Shown one piece after another: positions 57,571 through 64,000 of a stretch of DNA of 64,000 bases; within the stretch, counting starts at the first letter, position 1; each line of letters begins with the position of its first letter. Below the pieces are notes generated by a model. It was not told the origin of the DNA and searched no databases. It was given only the letters and a program-made list of their open reading frames with translations. Made by a program: the position numbers and the translations under genes. The stretch comes from Promethearchaeota archaeon (GTDB lineage: Archaea; Asgardarchaeota; Lokiarchaeia; Sigyniarchaeales; SOKP01), in NCBI GenBank assembly GCA_019058445.1, contig JAHPZA010000009.1:658355-722354 (forward strand), given 5' to 3'.

Positions 57571-58938
57571 TTATTCACTTTTTACGCGTTCCATTTTCTT
57601 TTTATGTAACTCTGCTAATTGAGATTTCATTTCTGCGACGCGCTCCTTCGTGTAAGGGTAAAAATACAATAATATCAAGGTGACAACCATAGCAATACCG
57701 GGGAAGATTACTATTAAAGCCTTTAAACCAAAGATAACATCTGCTCCCGGATTTGGCGTATATGATTCCCATCCTGTTGAACTAAATACCAGCGATACTG
57801 TTACAATACTTAATATCATTGAGAGTCTCATAAAGAAATTTGTAATACCAAAAAATGTGCCTTCTCTTCTAACTCCTGTTTCTAATTCATCATCATCGAT
57901 AGGATCAGCGACAATTAAATAGATGAAGTATAACATACCCCCCATTCCTATCCCTGAGAATATCATAAAGATTAATGCCATAGTAAAAGTTGATATAAAT
58001 AGAAAAGGGATAAAGGCAATAATAGACACAATTACTGCAATCATATATGCTTTTCTACTCCCTAATTTGACATCCAACTTCATCCAGATTATAACTGTAA
58101 TTACCCCGGCTATAAAATTAACCCCTAATAAAAGAGAGATTAAAAATGTGTCAGTTACACCCAGTACATGAAGGGCATAAAGGGGTATTGTCGTTGCGAG
58201 CGTAAGTAATATATACTCATATAGGAAAAACATGATAGTGTATAGTACAAATCCCTTGTTTTTGAAAGCATATTTCAAACCTTGAAAATAGCCGAATTCT
58301 TGCTTATGGTCCAGTTTAAATTCTTCACGCTCTTTTATCCCCCATTTAATAGCGATTAATAAAGATATTGCTATTATAATCGACGTAACAATACCATTTA
58401 TCAGATACCCTTCTTTTTTAGTAAGATCTCCAATAAATATACCCGGAATAAGGAATGCAAAAATTAGTCCGATAGTTGCCAGAATCTGCTTAATAGTATT
58501 TACTTCTGCTCTTTCCTCCACTGAAACAAACATCTCTGGAAATAGGGCATCAAAAAATGTTATTTGGGTGTAGAATGTATCGTACAACAATAACATTATA
58601 AGGAGATAAATGAAAGTAATAAAATATGAATCAGTTGGAGGGAGCCATAGAATTACCTCGATAATCAATACAGCTATCGTTCCAATAATAATAAATGGTT
58701 TTCTTCTTCCCCATTTTGTACGTGTTCTGTCCGAAATATAGCCTAATAAGGGATCATTGAAAGCATTCCACACCGTCCAAATAATGTAGGCAAGCATAAT
58801 ATAAAAAACTGGTAAACCAACTGCTGTGAAATAGAAAGTAAAAACCCAAACATTAAATGCGCTGTTGATGAACCATTGAGCAAACGATCCCATCCCAAAG
58901 CTCCATTTAGTTCCTTTACTGAAACCTGTCGTTTCCAT
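57571..58938 (-). CDS. GPH-family (glycoside-pentoside-hexuronide-like) cation symporter
   Basis: 12-TM profile and the signature GYISDRTRTKWGRRKPFIIIG. Confidence 0.8.
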   Translation of the reverse strand: METTGFSKGTKWSFGMGSFAQWFINSAFNVWVFTFYFTAVGLPVFYIMLAYIIWTVWNAFNDPLLGYISDRTRTKWGRRKPFIIIGTIAVLIIEVILWLPPTDSYFITFIYLLIMLLLYDTFYTQITFFDALFPEMFVSVEERAEVNTIKQILATIGLIFAFLIPGIFIGDLTKKEGYLINGIVTSIIIAISLLIAIKWGIKEREEFKLDHKQEFGYFQGLKYAFKNKGFVLYTIMFFLYEYILLTLATTIPLYALHVLGVTDTFLISLLLGVNFIAGVITVIIWMKLDVKLGSRKAYMIAVIVSIIAFIPFLFISTFTMALIFMIFSGIGMGGMLYFIYLIVADPIDDDELETGVRREGTFFGITNFFMRLSMILSIVTVSLVFSSTGWESYTPNPGADVIFGLKALIVIFPGIAMVVTLILLYFYPYTKERVAEMKSQLAELHKKKMERVKSE

Positions 58939-59059
58939 AATATATTCACATTATAATTTTTTTTTTTTAATCGAAATTTTTGTATTATAACTTAATTTAA
59001 AATTTTAAATAGCTTTCGAATTTATTTTATATAGGTTGAATTTTGAGTTGTAAATTCTT

Positions 59060-60094
59060 ATGATTAAAACTGAAATCATTCTTTTAGCTAATAATGTTTG
59101 TTTACCTTTCCAAAAACTCAATGAAGAGTATGGTTTAGATTTCATAGAGCTAAATAAATTATTTGCATCTAAATCATTAGCAGAGCATGGAATAGGCTTT
59201 TTAATACATATATATGATTTAGATAGGCTGGATGAGCAATGGAATCCAAAAGTGTTAAAACAAATAATTTTTGATACTGGAGGAAGTAACCAAACTTTTT
59301 TACACAATTTAGATATTAGAGGGTATAATCTCCATGATTTAGACCATCTTATATTATCTCATTGGCACTATGACCATAGTGGTGCTTTTTATTCTATTTT
59401 AGAAAGATTAAAAAATGGAATTCAAGTAATTTGCCATAGTGATGCGAAGTTTGAGAGATTTTTCAGACGCTCTGAGGATATTACTAAGAAGGATTTAGCA
59501 AATAAAAGTCGTGAAGAAATTTTACCGTTACTCTCAGCATCTAAATTAGTGAATCAAGAACCTATAGATTTAGAGCGAATAAAACAATTGAACGCCAAAA
59601 TATTCTTTCCTATAACGCACTATGAACTGTTAAATACCAAGGGATTGAAAGTGATATTAAGTGGAGAAATTCCCAGAAAATATAGTGTAGAAGATTTTGA
59701 TTCTTTTTTTTCTCTTCAAAATGGAACACTTCAAGTTGATAAGATTTTAGATGATAAGTGTCTTGTGTTCGAGAACGAAGATCATGTTGTAGTATTATTG
59801 GGATGCTGTCACTCAGGACTTATGTCCACTTTAGATTATGTAAAGAGCTTAACAGATAAACCAATATCCCATATAATAGGTGGAGTTCACATGGCTCATG
59901 CCTCAGAGGAAAGAATGAGAGAGACGATAGAGTATTTAAGAACCTTTCAGAGTTATGAAAAACCTTTATATCTCTTTCCAATACACTGTTCGGGTGAAAA
60001 AATAATACAAAAAATAAATAAAATCAAGTTTCCCGAGATTAAAGCTTTTAATGCGAGTGTAGGTACAGTATTTACTTTTACATCGAATTTTTAA
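59060..60094 (+). CDS. Metallo-beta-lactamase-fold protein (COG1237-like)
   Basis: LAEHGIGFLI near the N-terminus, SHWHYDHSG, and a later CCHSG. Confidence 0.7.
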   Translation: MIKTEIILLANNVCLPFQKLNEEYGLDFIELNKLFASKSLAEHGIGFLIHIYDLDRLDEQWNPKVLKQIIFDTGGSNQTFLHNLDIRGYNLHDLDHLILSHWHYDHSGAFYSILERLKNGIQVICHSDAKFERFFRRSEDITKKDLANKSREEILPLLSASKLVNQEPIDLERIKQLNAKIFFPITHYELLNTKGLKVILSGEIPRKYSVEDFDSFFSLQNGTLQVDKILDDKCLVFENEDHVVVLLGCCHSGLMSTLDYVKSLTDKPISHIIGGVHMAHASEERMRETIEYLRTFQSYEKPLYLFPIHCSGEKIIQKINKIKFPEIKAFNASVGTVFTFTSNF

Positions 60095-60122
60095 CGCATG
60101 ATTACACAAATAAGGTTTAATT

Positions 60123-60491
60123 TTACTTTGAGCCTTCTAATTTTAACAAGTTTAATTTGAGATTTGTTTCCCAAACTTTATCCATTTTTCCCATGAAGCC
60201 TCCAAGTTCCCCATTTTTCCTTATTACACGATGGCACGGAATAATTAAAGGTATTGGATTCCTCTTCATAATATTTCCAATTGCCCTATATGCTTTTGAT
60301 CCAATAGCTATTCCGATATCCGAATATGTTGTAGTTTCACCATAATGCACGTTTTCAGCTAGAAATTTCGTGACTTTTTGGGCAAAAAGTGTTGGGAATT
60401 TCTTTTCAAAAGGAATTTGAATATTTAAATCATTGATTTTTTCATATAAATTGATTTTTTCACCAGATAAATATTTTTTAATTAAATCCAC
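60123..60491 (-). CDS. ogt: O6-alkylguanine-DNA alkyltransferase (C-terminal catalytic domain present)
   Basis: Active site IPCHRVI, upstream TTYSDIGIAIGSKAYRAIGNIMKRNP. The track start is GTG at 60491. The frame stays open for a further 62 codons upstream without ATG, GTG or TTG. Confidence 0.85.
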   Translation of the reverse strand: MDLIKKYLSGEKINLYEKINDLNIQIPFEKKFPTLFAQKVTKFLAENVHYGETTTYSDIGIAIGSKAYRAIGNIMKRNPIPLIIPCHRVIRKNGELGGFMGKMDKVWETNLKLNLLKLEGSK

Positions 60492-60873
60492 CAGGTCTTG
60501 AATTTTATCAATCGAATTATTATTTTTGGCTAATTCGAGCTTATTTTTTTCGATATACTGTAAAAATTCCTTCCTTTTATTGAAAAACTTAATTGAATTT
60601 AATGAAATTGTTTGGAGCTTTTTTAAAACCTCATAGGATATGAGAATAAATAGGTTTAAATCTTTAAATTCAAAATATTTTACAAGAATGAAATATCACT
60701 AAAATTATAATTTTAAGAAGTAAATGCGATAGAATTAAAAATACTTTCTATTTCCATAATTATATAAAATATACCTCTATTATTAGATATGGATTTAAAG
60801 GTATAAAACTAATAATTATACACGAATAAAAAAATATAAGTCATATTAAAAAATAAAAAAGGACAGAAACGCA

Positions 60874-61917
60874 ATGCCGAAAAAGGATACCAAATCAATA
60901 TTAGACGATATTGAAGCTAATCAGGATGTTAAATCCCGTTTAGAGGAAAAAGTAGAGAAACTATCAATGCTAGTTGAAAAACAAAAAAGAATTATTGCCG
61001 ATCAAACATCCCTCATAGAGAAACAAAAAGAAAAATTAGGAAAAATGGTTGATATTCCCGATGATATAAGGGAACTTCGGGAACTAATTGGTGCTCAGAG
61101 AGCCCAAATAACGGATAAGGAGATGGAACTAGAACACACAAAGGGTTTATTAGCACAAGCTCAAAAAGAATTAGAATTAACTCAGAGTCGTATGAATCCT
61201 GCTCAAATTAAAATTGAAGCAGCTCTTGAAACGATTGGGAAATTGAAAGAAGAAATCGCACAAAAAAATTCTGAGATTATGGTTAAAAACGAGACTGTAA
61301 AAACATTAGCGAATAAATATTCTGAAGCTGAGGCAATTTCCAAATCACTCCTACAGCGATTGGAAGAATTAGAGGGAGGAGTATCTAAAAAGGAATTCGA
61401 AGAATTAAAAATTCAGCATTCGGAAGAAAGAAGGACATTAAAATCGGAAGTAGCTAAAATGGAATCGAAATTATTAGATCAAAAATTAGAATATGATGAA
61501 AAATTAGCAGAAGCTAAAGATATGAGCGACAGATATAATGATTTGGTCGGAAAAGTAAATGAACTTACTGATAAAAATAATGAAGCTAATGAAGAACTTA
61601 AAAGGTTAGAAAAAGAAATGGATGAAAAAGTGAAAAGCTTGAATGCAAAAATGGAAGATCTTAGACAATTCAGACAAGATAATATCTCAAAAATTACTTA
61701 TTTTGATAAATTAAAGCCTTTAATGGAAGAAGATCCTTTATTCAGGGCGTTTTTTATTATTAAAGAAGTGGGACATATTGCTTTAGAGGATCTTCGAGCA
61801 GCTGTAGGTTCGCCAATTGTAGTTGTCAAAAAAGATGTAGATAAATTGCAAGAGATTGGCCTAGTAGAATCAGGTGAATCAGGGAAGTATATAGTTAAAA
61901 GCTTTGAAGAAGAGTAA
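60874..61917 (+). CDS. Coiled-coil protein with C-terminal winged-helix-like domain
   Basis: About 270 aa of heptad-rich, E/K/L-rich sequence, then FFIIKEVGHIALEDLRAAVGSPIVVVKKDVDKLQEIGLVE. Confidence 0.5.
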   Translation: MPKKDTKSILDDIEANQDVKSRLEEKVEKLSMLVEKQKRIIADQTSLIEKQKEKLGKMVDIPDDIRELRELIGAQRAQITDKEMELEHTKGLLAQAQKELELTQSRMNPAQIKIEAALETIGKLKEEIAQKNSEIMVKNETVKTLANKYSEAEAISKSLLQRLEELEGGVSKKEFEELKIQHSEERRTLKSEVAKMESKLLDQKLEYDEKLAEAKDMSDRYNDLVGKVNELTDKNNEANEELKRLEKEMDEKVKSLNAKMEDLRQFRQDNISKITYFDKLKPLMEEDPLFRAFFIIKEVGHIALEDLRAAVGSPIVVVKKDVDKLQEIGLVESGESGKYIVKSFEEE

Positions 61918-61991
61918 TACTCTCTATCTCCTTTTCATTTAATATAAATAAAAGATAAGATGGTTAATTAATAATCTAATCTGATTTTTAA

Positions 61992-62294
61992 TTATATTTT
62001 TGCTAACTCTTTATAAAGATTAGGCAGCGCTTTCATATATGTCCCATCAGGAATTTTATCGAGAAGTTCTGCCGCGATTTTCTTTAATATTTCTCGATAT
62101 TTATGAGGTTTTTCATCACGTCTGAGCAATAGGGCAATGACATAATTTTCTACAGATATGAAATCTTCTCCAACTCCCGAAAAAAAAGAAACAACCTTAT
62201 TATTTTTTAATGAAATTGAGGCAAAACCGGGTTTTAAGGATTGATAACGATGAGAACTATAGACTTGAGTGAGCAAATTATTTGTAATTTTCAA
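61992..62294 (-). CDS. Small hypothetical protein (alpha/beta; family not recognised)
   Basis: 100-aa ORF with a TTG start. No competing ORF on the other strand and no motif I recognise. Confidence 0.35.
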   Translation of the reverse strand: MKITNNLLTQVYSSHRYQSLKPGFASISLKNNKVVSFFSGVGEDFISVENYVIALLLRRDEKPHKYREILKKIAAELLDKIPDGTYMKALPNLYKELAKI

Positions 62295-62678
62295 GTTTTC
62301 TGGATAAAACCCTTCATTTATCGGCCCTATCTCATTGTCCCATCTTATTCGACTTAGACTAGGATATCTAGTCTAAATTATCAAAATTCCTATGGGCAAT
62401 GATTCTCGCCTCTTGGAGTTGTTAAATTATCCTGCAATATCAACTGTTATACACCTTTTAAGTATAATTAAAAAAGCTATGAATCCTAATTAATCAAGGA
62501 TTTGTTATGAATTAAACTTTTTTATTAATTAAATATGTTGTTATTATTTAAATCTATAGGCAAAGAAAAATTTAAATTAAAATAAAATTTTTGATTATTG
62601 TTTCCCTTACACACGATATAACTATAAAATTAATACTTTGTAGTTAGAATTGTTTTTTATTTATTGTGTGAAATAAAT

Positions 62679-62859
62679 GGAGGGATTACCGAGCATGGTC
62701 AATTTTTAATTGACATAGTGTAATTAAAGGCCATAAGTCTCTTGAAAAAACGGGTCAAGACCGATTATAGGTGCTGGACTTAAGATCCAGTGGCAAAGGC
62801 CTTCGTGGGTTCGAAAAGTTCCGGGATCTCCTCGATTCTTGGAATTCCCACTCCCTCCA
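62679..62859 (+). tRNA. tRNA-Leu (anticodon UAA), apparently interrupted by two non-canonical introns (D-loop ~62703-62768, T-loop ~62816-62845)
   Basis: Hand fold of the parts:
- Acceptor GGAGGGA / TCCCTCC (7 bp) plus discriminator A.
- D arm ACC-GAGCATGGTCAA[66 nt]A-GGT.
- Anticodon arm CTGGA-CTTAAGA-TCCAG.
- Long variable arm T-GGC-AAAG-GCC-TTC.
- T arm GTGGG-TTCGAA[30 nt]T-CCCAC.

The spliced length is 85 nt. The D loop matches the archaeal tRNA-Leu consensus GAGCCUGGUCAAAGG. The flanks are T-rich. Confidence 0.7.
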
Positions 62860-62918
62860 CATTATTTTTAAAAATTCCCAATAACTATTAAATTATCTCA
62901 AAACTTTATGATTTTAAA

Positions 62919-63248
62919 ATGGAAGATTCAAACACCTGGCAAACCAGACGGCAGAAATTAATAAATATTCTTAAGGAATATGGTTTTAGTATAGATTTAA
63001 AAAGCTTGATGAGAGAGTTGGAATATTCAAATAAAAAATATTTGATAAAGGATATTATGAGCATCACCAAAACGTTAAGAAATGAAGGATTACAATTAGT
63101 CATTTCACCTCCCTCATGTAAAGCCTGTGGATATGTGTTTCGACATAAAAAAACAGAATTAAAAATTCCTTCTAAATGCCCGAGATGCCGGGAACAAAGA
63201 ATTGAATGGCCATCTATTAGAGTTATATTAATTCGCAAGATCCTATAA
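62919..63248 (+). CDS. HTH plus Zn-ribbon putative transcriptional regulator (COG3357-like)
   Basis: N-terminal wHTH-like region, then CKACGYVF...KCPRCREQRIEWPS. This matches my memory of the archaeal HTH-Zn-ribbon family. Confidence 0.7.
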   Translation: MEDSNTWQTRRQKLINILKEYGFSIDLKSLMRELEYSNKKYLIKDIMSITKTLRNEGLQLVISPPSCKACGYVFRHKKTELKIPSKCPRCREQRIEWPSIRVILIRKIL

Positions 63249-63374
63249 AATAAGACGACTATCCTATATTATATTAACTCAGTTATTTTTTAAATAGGGA
63301 AAATACTTTATAAACTTACAATCATATTTTAACAAATTATTAAATTATTTTTATAAAAACAGGGAGAAGAAACT

Positions 63375-64000
63375 ATGAATATTTTAGAAATTGTAGGGAT
63401 AGATGAGAAAAAAGCCAAGTTATTAAAAAAAGAGGGGATATCAACTACTGAAGATTTATTACCGCTTACGGCTTATGAAATTAAAAAACTTGCGAAAAAT
63501 ACGGGAATTTCTGCGAAAGAATTAGACACATGGCAAGAACACGCCGATTTAATGAGAATTGAAGGTGTTGGTCCCGAATATGCCTATGCACTTAATGAGG
63601 TTGGTATTGATTCTGTTAAGGAATTAGCCCGGAGAAATCCGAAAAACACTTCAGATCGAATAAAAGAGCTGGAGAAAGCTAAACGAGATATTATTGGAAA
63701 AATACCAACACAAGCAAACCTTAAAAAATGGATAGAACAAGCCAAAAAAATGGGAGGAAAAGAACAAGTGCCTAAGAAAAAACCACAAAAGAAAAAGCCC
63801 GCCAAAAAAAAACCGTCAAAAGAACCAGTGGGGGATTATGGGCCTGATTATTGGAATGATAAGTATCCAAAAGCGCCTATTATATATACAGGGAGGGCTC
63901 TTAGAGGAGAAGATTATTATAAACAAATAGATGCCGATGTTAAGGTATTCATTAAGAAGAACGACGCGATTCTTTATCATGTCATTGAACAAGCCCAATT
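63375..64000 (+). CDS. Partial DUF4332-like (tandem helix-hairpin-helix) protein with Lys/Pro-rich linker; continues beyond the window
   Basis: My own translation from ATG at 63375, preceded by GGGAG: MNILEIVGIDEKKAKLLKKEGISTTEDL...IEGVGPEYAYALNEVGIDSVKELA...KKKPQKKKPAKKKPSKEP...; it stays open to position 64000. Missing from the ORF track because it is truncated. Confidence 0.6.
   Translation, partial: MNILEIVGIDEKKAKLLKKEGISTTEDLLPLTAYEIKKLAKNTGISAKELDTWQEHADLMRIEGVGPEYAYALNEVGIDSVKELARRNPKNTSDRIKELEKAKRDIIGKIPTQANLKKWIEQAKKMGGKEQVPKKKPQKKKPAKKKPSKEPVGDYGPDYWNDKYPKAPIIYTGRALRGEDYYKQIDADVKVFIKKNDAILYHVIEQAQ

Noticed and set aside
57680-59307. ORFs 57680-57922(+), 57923-58171(+), 58743-58949(-) and 59005-59307(-), overlapping the GPH transporter or the start of the MBL gene
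   Set aside because: They are antisense or alternate-frame to CDSs with clear signatures (SDRTRTKWGRRKPF; HWHYDHSG).
62906-63238. Minus-strand 110-aa ORF, almost exactly antisense to 62919-63248
   Set aside because: The plus-strand product has a CxxC...CxxC zinc ribbon and an HTH-like N-terminus matching a known archaeal regulator family. The minus-strand product has no motif. I kept the plus-strand call.
63584-63998. Minus-strand ORFs 63584-63805 and 63816-63998
   Set aside because: They are antisense to a 208-codon open frame that starts at 63375, has an SD-like GGGAG upstream and carries HhH/DUF4332-like repeats. The plus-strand ORF is missing from the track only because it runs off the window.
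1-64000. CRISPR arrays, transposases, integrases or prophage-like regions, including next to the two tRNA genes
   Set aside because: I found no regularly spaced direct repeats and no ORF with DDE, tyrosine-recombinase or serine-recombinase motifs. The tRNA flanks carry ordinary genes and no duplicated tRNA 3' fragments.

Overview
AT-rich (about 30% GC by eye) archaeal chromosomal window with about 50 protein genes, 2 tRNAs, and no rRNA, CRISPR array, transposase or integrase that I could find. Archaeal identity rests on aCPSF1/FttA, TFB, an aEF-2-type GTPase, a proteasome beta subunit and an intron-containing tRNA. An EF-2 paralogue lacking the diphthamide histidine, a HEAT/LRR protein, ITPK1-like kinases, SLC45-like transporters and very large PAS/GAF histidine kinases suggest an Asgard (Loki-type) genome; this is inference, not proof.

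Layout:
- 1-24.8 kb: housekeeping and signalling genes (aCPSF1, purN, EF-2 paralogue, tRNA-Gly, two sensor kinases, an RHH-DHp-REC regulator, TFB, DEAD-box helicase, three tandem DUF998-like membrane paralogues, pncA, an LRR protein, LMW-PTP, uppP).
- 24.8-42 kb: a carbohydrate/inositol island.
- 42-50 kb: envelope and signalling genes (CotH-like ecto-kinase, HhH-FKBP fusion, purple-acid-phosphatase-like ectoenzyme, radical SAM, mini-MCP).
- 50-64 kb: proteasome beta, a corrinoid methyltransferase cluster (two non-Pyl MttB-family genes, a corrinoid protein, a PLP Cys/Met enzyme, a GPH transporter), ogt, and a tRNA-Leu(UAA) that appears to carry two non-canonical introns.

The strongest candidate for a new system is the 24.8-42 kb island. 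It holds three tandem myo-inositol-3-phosphate synthase paralogues, four ATP-grasp proteins (at least two with the ITPK1-type D-x-N-x-F-P motif) and a HAD hydrolase with a long polybasic tail, next to twin sugar transporters, a GH57-like enzyme, dehydrogenases and a DapA-family aldolase. I read this as a physically clustered, lipid-independent glucose-6-P to inositol-polyphosphate pathway in an archaeon.

All calls come from reading the translations and sequence by eye. No searches or folding programs were run.
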